Source of the DNA: Mytilus californianus
Lineage: Eukaryota
Direction: 5' to 3'
Assembly: GCF_021869535.1 (NCBI RefSeq)
Contig: NW_026262690.1
Location: 68,510,001-68,574,000 of the forward strand
Length of the DNA: 64,000 bases
The notes under the pieces were generated by a model, which had not been told where the DNA came from, searched no databases, and worked only from the letters and a program-made list of their open reading frames with translations. Positions 50,667 through 63,632 of the stretch are shown piece by piece. Both the position numbers and the translations under genes were made by a program. Within the stretch, counting starts at the first letter, position 1; each line of letters opens with the position of its first letter.

Positions 50667-52197
50667 CTATAAAACATATTCAAGTAGATGATACAATAAA
50701 CTGACATATATTTCGTACTGAAAATATATTACATCAATAACATGAACTTTATGAAACAAAAACACGAATAACATGATGTCATTGTGCTGATATAGAATGT
50801 TTAATTTTCAAATCTAAATAGTATATTGTGTGTGAAGAACATAGCTCGATGTGCAACATTAACATGCTTTCAAAATTAAAGCTTTTTTTTCATTGGTATA
50901 AATTTAATCTTTATTTTCATTGGTATAAATTTATCCTTTATTTTCATTGGTATTAGTTTTCTATTTCTGTAGACTGACTATTCATTAACCTGATTTTACA
51001 AAACGGGCGTTCTTATGTCTAAAACTTACCATTTTATCCGGATTTTCCGTTTCGAATTCGTTCGGCTTTTATTTTGTTTAACATAACAATGAGAAACATT
51101 TATGAGTTTTGTTTCATTAACCAAGTAACTTGGGAAGTCCCCTTTAGTTTTGTTGAACCTGAAATATCTTTTACGAAAACTAAGTATGGGAACTTGTAGT
51201 TCATTGGTTGTCGTTCGTTGTTGTCTACTGTATTTAGTTTTAGTTTAATTTTTTGGCATAAAACAGACCGTAAGTTTTTCCCTAATGAACTGTCACAATT
51301 TGCCATTCCGGGCCTCTTATAGCTTACGGTATGGGTATTTGGTAATTATTAAAGACTGTACGATGACCTATATTTACTTATATACGTTATTTGATACTTT
51401 TGATAATCAAATTTTTATTAAAATTAACTCTGCTTACAAGTAGCAATTGCAGGTACACATAACTAGTATTTGAATATCACAAAACAATCGGCTGATGATT
51501 ATATTTCTCTTCCTCGGATGAGATGAATATGTCTAAAATCAGTTTACACTGGATGAAATGTAGAAGTATAAAGTATCTTGGCGAGTCAAGATAAAATGGA
51601 AAGAAGCTCTTTATTTTCCGTAAATTATGTTAAACGTGCATGACATGTTTGATATGTAAAATAAGGAAGTAGAATCAGATTATGATTTGTTCCTCAGCTA
51701 ATAAGCGACAGAAATCTGTTTCAGCATTAATTTCACAATCGTAAGACAAATTTTTGTACGTCTAGACGGCTGAAATTACACCGATGACATTTGTTATTTA
51801 TTTTATTTCGAGAACCGTTGGTGTACTCTATCTCTTTTACTGTTTTTTTATTATTATTTCATTCATCCAGTTAAACAGTGGATATAACTGATAAAAAAGA
51901 TCCAACAAAAATTGGAAGGCCTATTCTTTGATTTTATTGATAACAAACAAACGATTTTTCAGCAATGATCATAAGAATGAAGTTCGCTGATGTCTAAAGA
52001 GAACCACCACCTCCCACAATTTTTGTAACATTTGACTTATTCAAGCTTTATATTCTAAAAGACAACTTTTTGTGGTTAGATCTCCAATTCGAACCAAGTG
52101 CCACATTTAAATATAAATGCCGGAAGTCTTACTTCAAAAACTATATGTTAAGATTTAAAAAAAACATGTATCACAGATTCATTTATGATCATAAATA

Positions 52198-52482
52198 AAT
52201 AAATTAAAAGAATAAGAGATGTGGAATGATTGCGAATGAAACATATATCTACTAGAGATCAAAGGACGATGATGTAAACTACTATAGAGCAATGTAAGAA
52301 CTTCAACAATGAATACGTTAAGATTTTAAAAACATGCAGGTAACACAGTTTCAATTATGATACTAGATAAATAAATTAACAAATAAGAGATGTGGTATGA
52401 TTGCGAATGAGACATATATCTACTAGAGATCAAAGGAGAAGGATGTAAAGTACTATAGAGCAATTTACTGCCTTCAACAATG
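52198..52482. repeat. Tandem pair (~172-bp period) of an interspersed-repeat fragment
   Basis: aataagagatgtgg.atgattgcgaatga.acatatatctactagagatcaaagga occurs twice. Related to ~11878-11910 and (inverted) ~45640-45695. Confidence 0.75.
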
Positions 52483-53216
52483 TATATACATAATGCATAA
52501 TGCAAAACAAACTCTGTATTAAATGGTCATTTAATATGCTAAATTTGGTACTTAGAATTTATCTGAGGAAATTGTTATCAGGAAATTATTATTAACTGAG
52601 TAGAGAATTTTCTCACAAAGAAATCTATCCCTTCTAAATTGAACTCCCTTATATTGAGCACGTTTATAAGAAAACATTCTGGTAAAAAGTGACATCGAAA
52701 AGAAATGAACCCATAAACTCAGAGTTATCATATTGTATTATCCTTTCTATTATTTTCTAAACAGAACAAAACTTAATAAAAAATTAAGATATAAACTGAG
52801 AAAAATTGCAAATAATTGAACTGCCTACAAGTAGATGCTCATCATAAATAAAAAAAAAACATAAAATAAAAAAAAACATACAAGGTAAAGGATGATTGTT
52901 TTGGGGTTATCATTTTCAGATGGATTAAGAGAGGTGATTTTATAATTATTTTGGTAAAATGTAAAACAAATATATAATATGAGATATCAAATTCATTCTC
53001 TCTGAGTAAGGACAGTAGGCGTATCAGTTTTGGCGAGTAATCCTTCAATAAATATTTTGGAATTTCATGAGCGGTTCTGTTCAATGTATATTGGATACTT
53101 GGAAGGAATATATTCTTCTTTTTTATGACTGAAAACGCTTGCCTTTAAAACCTGGTGATATGTTTTGTTTTAGGAAACATTCAGTCATATGTATTGGGTA
53201 ACTTATTCCTACTTAC

Positions 53217-53363
53217 CTGCAACACATCCATATGTAACAAGTAAATAGTTAAGATTGACAGCAGCAAAAAAACTCAGTCCAAATCCGACCAATGTTACAA
53301 CTCCTCCAAACATCACGGCCACTCGACAGCTGAATGCATTTATTACGATGCTGGAAAAAGGAC
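53217..53363 (-). CDS. SLC16: SLC16 copy 3 exon 2
   Basis: taaacag|GTCCTTTT...GCAG|gtaagt. Encodes GPFSSIVINAFSCRVAVMFGG...TYGCVAG; 147 nt. Confidence 0.92.
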
Positions 53364-53935
53364 CTGTTTACAATTAAATCAAGTTATCAAGAACTCCTAT
53401 TGGGCAAATTGATAAATGATAAATAACGCCCTGTTTTGAAGAAGACGTGTCATTGTTTTTTTTTCCAACTGACTTTTCGAATAAATGGGAAAGGTATAAT
53501 TTTCACTTATTGTGGTCGATTTCACAGCAATAGAGGTATATACGTTATATAATCCAGCAAGGTAATAAGGAAAAACCAACTTGAAATTATCAAATGGCAA
53601 ACAAGTGTATGGCAAAAACCAACTTTAAATAATGTAATTGTGCTACAACTAAGGTTACAACTCTTTCAAGAAAAATTGACAATACATGGATTGGCTTTTC
53701 TGTCTAGACATTTTTGTTTTAGGCACAAAACGATACATATTTTCGAAACTTTTTTTTCACGAGCGTATTTAAAGAACGATATACCAGAAACAAGTGTTGT
53801 ACGTACGAAAATCGTACGATTTGGTTGGTTTGTTTGGTTTAGTTTTGTTTGCTTGCTTGTTTGTTTGTTTGTTTGTTCATTTTGTGTTTTGTTACTGAGT
53901 GATGTGCAACTTATTGTTTTGCTTTAACAACTTAC

Positions 53936-54149
53936 CAGCAAATGAGAAAAGACAGCTGTATATTGATCCAATCAATGATGTGTAAGCATTGTCCTCTTCA
54001 AATTTCTCCAGAAGAGCAACATGCAGGACTCCGGAGCAATAAAGGAGTATTGAATTAATCATAATGGTTCCCGTTGCAGCAATCATTATTACCCAAGCCC
54101 AACCTTGATCCAAATCTTTGTTCCGCTGATCGTTGTATTTCTGGACCAT
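53936..54149 (-). CDS. SLC16: SLC16 copy 3 coding exon 1
   Basis: MVQKYNDQRNKDLDQGWAWVIMIAA...FAG|gtaagt; 214 nt, as in copies 1 and 2. Confidence 0.92.
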
Positions 54150-54645
54150 TTTGTGTCACTATGGTGCTTTCTGACTGGTATTAATTGGACCGATTATCAT
54201 TCTACAATATGAAAACGTCAAACCTCGTCAGTGGTTGTTGGAATGGTTGGAGGAAGTCCAAAACCAACTAATAGTATGTGACGGATGGGTGGGTGTGCGG
54301 ACAGGGAAAAGTGAGTATCCAAATTGTGTAATAATTTTTTGTGTTTTTCTGTTGTTGAAGACCTCATGAAGCCCTTATCATGTCTTTTGAGCTTTAATGT
54401 GTTTGAGGGTTGTTTAGGCTTTTAGCCATTATTCACGTTTACTTAGACACTTGCATGAAAATACGGATTTTGTGTTATTAAAATTTGCTGTTAAAAAATT
54501 TGAAAATTTTTAAATTAAGAAATATATGTCCCTCATGCAAAGCTCTGATTCCTTGCCCGGCTTTGGCTATACTTTTTTGTCCTTTTTGGGTTATAGCTCT
54601 TCATCTTTTTAATATGCTTTGGATTTTCAAATATTTTGACCTCAA

Positions 54646-54689
54646 GTATTACTGAAGAGACATTGATTGTCGAAATGCGCATCTGGTAC
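54646..54689 (+). ncRNA. Type I minimal hammerhead ribozyme motif, structurally intact, within a repeat (~54500-54720)
   Basis: gtatta-CTGAAGA-gaca(ttgat)tgtc-GAAA-t(gcgc)a-TC^tggtac. Stem I 6 bp, stem II 4 bp, stem III 2 bp with palindromic loop, AUC cleavage triplet. Confidence 0.8.
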
Positions 54690-56388
54690 AGAAAAATTGG
54701 AACTATTTATGTTTATTACCTCAAATCTTCTTTTATGTACTAAGATCGGGAAATGGGCATCATATGTGGGCATCTATTAAACGTTTAAGTTTAACCCGAG
54801 AACGTTTAGGTTACGTATGTCAGCGAGAATATTTTTTTTATAGATGTTAGTGGTATATATGTCAATCGTACACCAAATCAACATTACCAAGACAAAAAAA
54901 CAAAACAAAAAGATATCTAGATGTCAATGTATGGTTTTAATAATTGAAAAAAAAAGTTCAAACGTAACTTAAATTTCTGAATCTCTGTGATTCTAGACAA
55001 GTTATTCGTAAAATTTATCAAAGGCTTCCAAACGAACTGCAATTATACGTTTTGCTATTGGAAAACAACTAAGTATCATTCAGGTGTAAATCAAAAATAG
55101 GAGCACGATTCTACTAGGTACTGATTATTTTTTAAGAGTTTCTGATTGAAATTTAATTTCTGCTTGTGATGTATTGTGAATAGAAAAGGCAGGCCATCGA
55201 ACGTACGGGCAAAAGAAAAAACCCTAATATCACTTTAAACTTTTTTAGTGTTATAATCAAAAACATAAGTATGGATCCTCATTAATGACTTGAAAAAAAT
55301 TGGAATGATTCATCGATAATTAAACGTTATTTTTTCTAAAGCAAAATGCCTCCATTTTGTTGTAAGAAATCTTTCTGCAAAAGACATAAAAAAACCATTT
55401 CATAAGATAAGGAGACTTGGAAGTTATGTTTGCAACTCTCTTTTTCCCAATGAAAAGTGAATATCCTTCTGACTATAGTTATATATCTTATTTGCTAAAT
55501 CTAAGCAAGATGGATGAGACACAAGTAAATCATACTTGTGATGTTTTCTCCACAAAGCTGACTATAGATCCATATGGTAGACTTTATAGATTTTTTTTAA
55601 TAATGAATATATATATATATACCGCGTAACGCGTAATATATAGATAACAAAAGAAATACAGAGTAACACATTTACAAACTTTCAAAGTATTTTTGGTAAC
55701 TTTGTGAAAAACGACTATTGAACGAAATATTAGGTTTAATTCAAAACTTCAAGAAAAATTATGACATTGGTTTAAATGAAATGCTACGAATCATTAACAA
55801 ATAACACAACTACAACGCATATGTCATGGACGTACATTGTCTTGTCTTAGCCTTGCTGATATCGTAATTCCATTCATATCGTATGACTATCTGTGTTATT
55901 GTGGTATAATAACTTAAATTTTCCTCATAAAAGACTAAACTATTGAATAAATGATAAAGTGTGCAAAACTTACCAACAAAATGATCCACTCACACAGCTT
56001 ACACTGTACAAACAGTTCATCGTCCGTTGTCAAAATTGAGGTCAGCCATCAAAGGATACTATCTAGAATACAAGATGAAAGTAATAGATGACTTATTAAA
56101 AATTCTGACCTAGAAACTACAAGAAGCATCATATTTCAATCGTATTAAGTAATGTTTAACGGTCCAATCTCGATTAACTTTGATATATCTTAAACAATGA
56201 ATGATTTATTATCTTATCAGATATAAAAGTAACCAGATGTTCAAATAACCTCATACATATATTAGATATAGTCTTTTCATATCTGAGTGGTTGTGATTAC
56301 TGATTGATGGTAATTATTTAAAAAGAGTAATATCTCAAATGAAAAAAATACGAAAACTTTCATTGTTTTGTTAACTTTACCTTTTTCA

Positions 56389-57574
56389 ATTTGTTCGTTC
56401 AGAATTGTACAGTAGTAAATTATTACTTCTTTCACATAGACCTGCCTCGTATTTGTGTGTCTTGCACAGCGCTTTTGCTTATTGTCTATCAACTTAACAT
56501 TTACTTATATCGTACAATTATTCCTCCGTTGAAATATATCATTCCTCTACATAGGTCGGTAATTTAAGAGCAATAATTAATACACTCGTTTTGATATGAT
56601 ATTCTTAATGCAATCGTATACAAACATTTAAATGCATATATAGTAGGTGTTATTAATTCATGTATGAATATCGTATTGTGAGATCTATTTATCTCATGGT
56701 GCACTGAAAGCAATATGTATTATTATACTTCACGTAAAAATGCAATATTTTGATTGGCTTATACGAGGGTGTTAATTTACTCTATTCTATGGTAAATACT
56801 CTATTACCCTTCACGGAGACGCTTGATCAAGTGTGCGCTTTATTTAATACGACTCTATCCTATGGCAAATACTCTATTACCCTTCACGGAGACGCTTGAT
56901 CAAGTGTGCGCTTTATTAAATACGGATGGTTGTTATGTACAAGACGTCATAGTTTTTTACTTTGAATTTGAAATTTAATCGACAGTAATAACAGAACATT
57001 CAGTATAATAAATTGAATAACACATATCTGAGAGGGTGATAGAGCAGATTGTTACCCCTCGAAAAGACATTGTCAACCTTCGCCTCAGTTGACAATGTTT
57101 TCTCGAGGTAACAATCTGCTCTATCACCCTCTCAACTATATGTTATTTATATATTAATAATCGATTTGTTCGTTCCGAATTGTACAGTAGTAAATTATTG
57201 CTTTTTTCACATAGACCTGCCTCGTATTTGTGTGTCTTGCACAGCGCTTTTGCTTATTGTCTATCAAATTAACATTTGCTTATATCGTACAATTATTCCT
57301 CCGTTGAAATATACCATTCCTCTACATAGGTCGGTAATTTAAGAGCAATAATTAATACACTCGTTTTGATATGATATTCTTAGTGCAATCGTATACAAAC
57401 ATTTAAATGCATATATAGAAGGTGTTAATAATTCATGTATGCATATCGTATTGTGAGATCTATTTGAAAAGACATTGTCAACCTTGGCTTCGCCTCAGTT
57501 GACAATGTTTTCTCGGGGTAACAATCTGCTCTATCACCCTCTCAGCTATGTGCTATTTATATATTAATAATCGA
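56389..57574. repeat. Complex local duplication around a hairpin MITE
   Basis: Block A 56389-56690 = 57164-57465. Hairpin MITE ~57016-57147; its right half plus flank (57061-57164) is repeated at 57466-57574. 73-bp tandem pair at 56779-56924. Confidence 0.85.
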
Positions 57575-58394
57575 AATCGTGTGTTTCAAATATACACCAA
57601 GATACCATGGTTAATACAAAATGATAGCTTTAAATAAGAACGAGAGATATGCTTACATTCAATTCAATTATATAAACAAGTTGCTTTCTTTAAAATAGGA
57701 AAGCAACACGTGAACCCGAACCCGCCGCCTGGTCATAAAAAAATTGTTGCTTATTTGTTTTGCTTTTGATTTGACATAATTGACTGTGAATAGAATAAGA
57801 TAATGATGATGTTAAAACCTTAATTGAAAATATATAATTGTGTGTAAATTCTTGCACAAGTCAATTAATGTTGGATTTTAGTTGTGAATAGAAAAGTGTA
57901 TATATACAGCTACTATTTGAATTTACCTTTTTAAGCTAGACTATTTTATTTATTACTTGGATTGAGTGTACATCATTTTTTTCTTAATGCTTTTGCATAT
58001 TCCAGTTTCTAAAAACCGGATGTGTAACGCAAATTGCACAAACCAATCGCAATATAAATTTAAGCACTCAGTTTACTTCATAATCTAGATGCATTTATCT
58101 ATCAACTTCCATGTGAAGAGACCGTTTGGCATGCAACTTATAAGAAGGTTTCGTATATTTTTCTTGAGAGTAACACACCAGCTTCATTGGGACCTCTTAT
58201 TTACTGACAATTATTTTGGTCTCTTAAAACATCTCAAATTTAAAGGATTTCCTGAAGTTACTTAAATCAATCCAAATATTTTACAGGAAAATTTGGTTTT
58301 GAAGAATATCTTATTTTCAGAAGTTGTATGAATACCTGAACATACTCTCAAAAGAAACCAATTTATATAAAAAGATATGTAGATATATAAAAAA

Positions 58395-58600
58395 AACAGG
58401 ATGAAAATGTTGTACGCCAGACGCGAGTTCGGTCTTCAAAAGACTCATCAGTGACGCGAGAAATAACAAAGTTAAAAAGGCCAAATAAAGAACGAAGTTG
58501 AAAGGCATTGAGGACCCAAAATTTCGAAACAAAGGTTTTGTCGAATACATCTAAGGTAATCTATTCCTGGGGTAGAAATCCTTAGCATTTCGAAAATGTC
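58395..58600 (-). mobile_element. Hammerhead-bearing repeat, mutated core
   Basis: Minus gcgtca-CTGATGA-gtct(tttga)agac-cgaa-c(tcgc)g-TC-tggcgt (58457-58413); GAAA altered to CGAA. Confidence 0.7.
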
Positions 58601-60084
58601 GGAGTTTATAAAAGGACAGTCACTCAAAAAAGAAAAAGAAAAGAGAAACAGCTAGAGGTCAGAATACCTTAATGATGACCATGCTTGAAAGTCACATGTC
58701 AAACTTTTACTGCCGTGTCCTGAAGTTAGATAAGAAATGCGAAAATTCACATTCGCGAGTGAAATTAATATTTATGTATGCACGTGGTTTTCTTGCGCAA
58801 GATATAGTAAATAGAAAGCATACGCACTGATACTCTGGGTAAGAATACACATTTGCATTATCACATATATTAATCTAGGCTCAAATCGAATGTTTAATAT
58901 TTGAATTCGGATGTCAAACTACCTACCTCAAGTGTTTTGATTCCGGATTCATTGTCCTTTAATCCGGAATTTGGGTGAACGCAAACCGATAGTGTTTCGT
59001 GTGAAAAGGGTGATATATAATGTAAATAAATCAAGACGTTTGTATGTGTAGGATAGCTGGTAACATGTAACACAATGAATAGAATTTTCAAAATCGTACC
59101 ATATTGCAAGGATTTAGATGCTATAAGGTTGAACTATTAAAAACAAAAACAAAAAAGAATTGAAACTTAATCAACATACATTCCTGTTAATGAATCTTTT
59201 CCGAAAATTAAGAATATAATAACAATAAACACAAACTATTTAATGATGGACATTTTATTTATCAAATCAATCTCTTCTTAAAGTCTTGTTTTCATCTATA
59301 TGAATATATTGCTATACAAAATTTAAGCAGAGACTTATAAAACAATACTAAAACAGTATAAAATAATTAACGTAGTAATAAAAAAAAATAAGATTATTGT
59401 AAAATATTAATTACGTTTTTTTGTGAGATGCAAGGATCTTAAATCAAGGTGAATTGAAACCATGTAAGTATTTTTTCATTCACTACCGTTTAAAATTTAG
59501 CTACCTAATTATTTGTACGCATCCCTGCTCATTGGTGCTAATATGTTGCATATAATTTCCATAAATGTATTCACTGTTTAAACCTGTGGGACATAATACA
59601 TGTATAACATTTTTAATTATATTTTATTAAGGATAAATTTAGTCTCGGTTTAAACTTGATAATTTTAATGAATATTCTCTTGGTCTGGTACTATCTATTA
59701 ATGAAATTATTTATTTTTGACAGAAAAATCCTTTTGTTTAAATATCTTTCTGCTTTCCATTCACTGTGTTTCCGACCTATGATAAATGTTTATAGCAGAA
59801 CTATCGTTTTGATAATTTTCCTCATGCTTTACGACATTTTCCCAGACTATGATTGAAATATAAGATATCACGTTGTAAATTCTGGGACATTATATATAAA
59901 TAAACTCTTCCCAGTTTTATTGTCATAATGCACAATAGCACGCTGTATTAAATACTACATACACAACGAGTACAGGGACCGTCTCAAAACATGAATTATA
60001 TAATTGCTTTATTATCATACTTGATATTTAATAAACATTCGCATCATCAAAAACTCAATTAATCCTTAAAGTTATCATTCTATA

Positions 60085-60335
60085 TATAAAGGCAACAGTA
60101 GTATACCGCTGTTCAAAAGTCATAAATCGATCAAGAGAAAACAAATCCGGGTTACAAACTAAAACCGAGGGAAACACATCAACTATAAGAGGATAAACTA
60201 TATAAACCTAATACAATGAACTCATCATAGATACCAGGGTTAAAATTTTGTACACCGGATGCCCGTTTCGTCTACAAAAGACTCATCAGTGATGCTCGAA
60301 TAAAAAAAATCAAAAGGTCAAATAAAAAACAAAGT
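60085..60335 (-). mobile_element. Hammerhead-bearing repeat, core intact but stems I and III mismatched
   Basis: Minus gcatca-CTGATGA-gtct(tttgt)agac-GAAA-c(gggc)a-TC-cggtgt (60295-60252). Confidence 0.75.
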
Positions 60336-61339
60336 TTAAGAGTAATTAACTTATTATTGATAGTATCTTTGAATCATACTTCATAACCAACACTTGGTGT
60401 TGGCTACTTATCAATAAAATTATGGCAAGCTTTGCATGGTGAACCCTGTGTGACGGACAGGCATGCCTTAATTGTATTGAATCTATATATGCAAAATATC
60501 TTTAAAAAAATTCATACAGTTTTTGAACAAAAAATAAATTATACAGTTTAAGTGGTCATAGAACAAATAAAAGTATTCCAATTTAGGACAACGAACATTA
60601 CCAGACTGACACCGCAGACCATATGGCATTATCCAGCACTGTTATCCTCTTAAATGGGAATCTTTTAACATAATGCTAACCCAAACACCACAACCACCGC
60701 CTTTTGCTAGACTTGCAACTTCAGACACAGGGAGGATCATAATGGCTCATTATTTAAATTAAAAATTATAGCTAAGCAAAATAAATATTGTATATGTTGA
60801 AGAAACTTGGTTAACAGTACTGAGAAAACTATTACTACATAAGTGCATATATTTTTATGTAGAATATACAATTCTTTATATTTATATAATGTTTTATATA
60901 TATTTAATATATATTTATATTATCATTAGTACTTGTTTTGTACGAGAAAAGGTGATGTGTGTTGGGGTCCCTCATGTGCCAATTATTGAACAATTCTTAT
61001 TCAATTGATTTATTTTGGCATTATTTGTCTTCTTGTTATTATGTTTTTTTAATCAAATGTTCAACTCGAACTCCAATAGTAAGGAACACTTCGGCAATCA
61101 GAAGCCGCGAATCAAAGACATGACAAGCATTGACCAAAAAGGTGAAAAAAATGTTATGTCAAAACATATAGAGAACACATAAATTCGGACACCAAAAGAA
61201 ACCCCTACAAAAGCAATGGATATTATATGATCTACTTAGAGCGTAAGTCAATCAATCCTATCCTTAATGAAAGTTTATCCAGCAAACAGTTTAAACGAAC
61301 TAAATTCTTCTATGTATGTTATTTTAGTGTTACTGAAGC

Positions 61340-61770
61340 ATTACGAAAACGCGGTTCGTCACGTGACATAGTGTGTTTTGATGGGAAAAAAATATTAGGC
61401 TATGACAAAACAGAAAGAATTAGAAACATAAATCAATTGCTTTAAAAAGCAATTGTAAACGGTCTTTCCCCCTTCTGAAACATGCTTGATTGATATATGT
61501 GTGTTTGTTTGTTTGTTTGTTTCTTTCTTTCTTTAAAGTTCCATATTGGTGTGTTGGTTAAGTTTCTATATTTAGTTTGGAAAGTTTTTATTCTATTTCA
61601 GGGTCCGCGCGCGTCTTTGTCTCTCGCCAGGTTGTGGCGTCACGTGACGAGGCTTTATATTAGCGAAAACTTAGTATTTTTATTTCGTTTTAGGTGGGGA
61701 CGTTAAACAGACAACATGTATAGCGACGGAATTTACACAATGTATTTCTTTTGTCATTGTAGGTAATTGA
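61340..61770. promoter_or_regulatory. CpG-enriched candidate promoter with two GTCACGTGAC palindromes
   Basis: GTCACGTGAC at 61358-61367 and CGTCACGTGACG at 61638-61649, plus ccgcgcgcg, in an otherwise CpG-poor region. Confidence 0.45.
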
Positions 61771-62204
61771 CGTTTCGATCACAGTTCACGAGCAGTGTAT
61801 GCTTTGGAATTAATTGATCCTGTGTAACTTTAAAACACGTTTATCGATTATTTTCGTGTAATGTACATTTTTTAGCAGCAGTTTGTAACACAGATTTGTA
61901 TTCTAATCTAGGAGCAGACATTTTATTGTAGGATTTCCCTGAGATTTACGGAGCTAGCAAGTGATTTTTACGGCATTGCAATTTCTTTTCTCTACGGAAA
62001 TTCTTTGAAGGTAGCTGCACCACGTTGTTCTATGAAGATGTAATACATGTATACCCTGCTGACTGCAAATTTTGAGATCAATTGGACATGTAGTTTCAGA
62101 GTTGATCAGATAACAAGCATGTGGATTTTTTTTTACAATAATATAAATCAATTGTTTTAAAAACAATTGTTAACGGTATTTTCCCCTCCGATCCATAATT
62201 GATT

Positions 62205-62446
62205 AATTGATTTGTTTATTGATTGATTGATTGGTTGGTTGGTTGGTTGGTCGGTCGGTCGGTTGATTGATTGATTATTTGGTTGGATGGTTTTTTGGTT
62301 ATTTAAACACGTGGGATAGGGTCTCTTGAAACAGCGAAAAAGAAACAAATGAGATCTTGGACCGCGTATTAAACACAAGAGACGGAAACATGCATGCAAT
62401 GATTGATTGATTGATTGGTTGATTGGTTGGTTGGTTGGTTGGTTGG

Positions 62447-62492
<46 letters not shown>

Positions 62493-62680
62493 AAACACGT
62501 AGGATAGGGTCACTTGACACAAGCGAAAAAGAAAAAAAGGAGATCTTGGACCCCGTATTAAACACATGAGACGGAAACATACATGCAATGATTGATTGAT
62601 TGATTGGCTGGCTGGTTGGTTGATTGGTTGATTGGTTGGTTGGTTTGTTAGTTGAGTAAACACATGGAAACGAGCCACTA
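62205..62680. repeat. (ATTG/GTTG)n microsatellites alternating with a ~100-bp duplicated block (~188-bp period)
   Basis: ttaaacacgt.ggataggg...gagatcttggacc.cgtattaaacac..gagacggaaacat at 62303 and 62491. Confidence 0.9.
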
Positions 62681-62699
62681 GGATCATGCAAAAACGGAA

Positions 62700-63632
62700 T
62701 TTAAAGCCTAGATACTATATCTTAACACATGGGATCTATCTTTTGAGAGATCCCCCAACAAGTAGTGAGGTCAAAGGTCAATGTCAACCTACAAAAGCAT
62801 TAAAACACACATAAAACTCTTTAAATAGTGCCAAAAACACATAATTTGCCTCTTTGTCCATGACCTTGACCTTTGACCTTGTAACCTTGGTCAAGGTCAT
62901 TGGTCGACAATGTTATTGCAAAAGACCCTATGGGTCTAGGACCTTTTGTTTAAGAGTTTTGCCTAATAATGTCTTTTTATAAACCATCAATGGGGTTATG
63001 TCCCTTACACAATGGTAAAACCAATACAGTCATAATGTAACAAAGTTGCCCCTTGAAGTATCAAACATTTTTCACTATTTAAATTTTTTGTATTTATAAC
63101 CAGTCAAGAATTATAGGGAAATCAAAGACATATAAAAATCTAAAATATGACCTTGACCATTGGCCTTGACCTCATTTTCATTTTTATGGACCAAGGATTT
63201 CAAATCAAAAGACCCTAGGCCTCTATCACTTATGGTTTTCCAATTACAAATACATTTCACATATATCAAATACAAAAGGGGAAATAACTCTCATATGGAG
63301 TCTTCGTAAAGCTTCGGTCAAAATAAAACCTAACATTCTGAGGATATAACGAGCAATTTGGATAAATAAATTTGTCGCTTTCTCTTACGGTTACGGAGGA
63401 GATCTCATAACAAGAAAAACAGTGTTTTGAGAGATAACTCTTACAAAGAAAAGTGTTCGGTTATACAGGGTCAGTTTCAAAAGCGTATAGACTGTATGAT
63501 ATCCTATACAAAAAAACTTAGCGACATCTTTTGAAACAAAAATACAGCGCAAGAAAAAAATTAGGCGGAAGAAAAAAAAAATAATCAGAAGAAAACCAAT
63601 AGGTCTTTCCACGGAAAAGTGGAAAGACCTAA
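62700..63632 (-). mobile_element. HINE-like element
   Basis: Perfect 13-bp hairpin taggtctttccac/gtggaaagaccta (63600-63631) at the 5' end on minus, and internal tgaccttgacc repeats. 3' boundary uncertain. Confidence 0.5.

Noticed and set aside
62157-62687. 176-aa Q/S/I/N-rich protein
   Set aside because: It is a translation of (AATC/AACC)n microsatellites.
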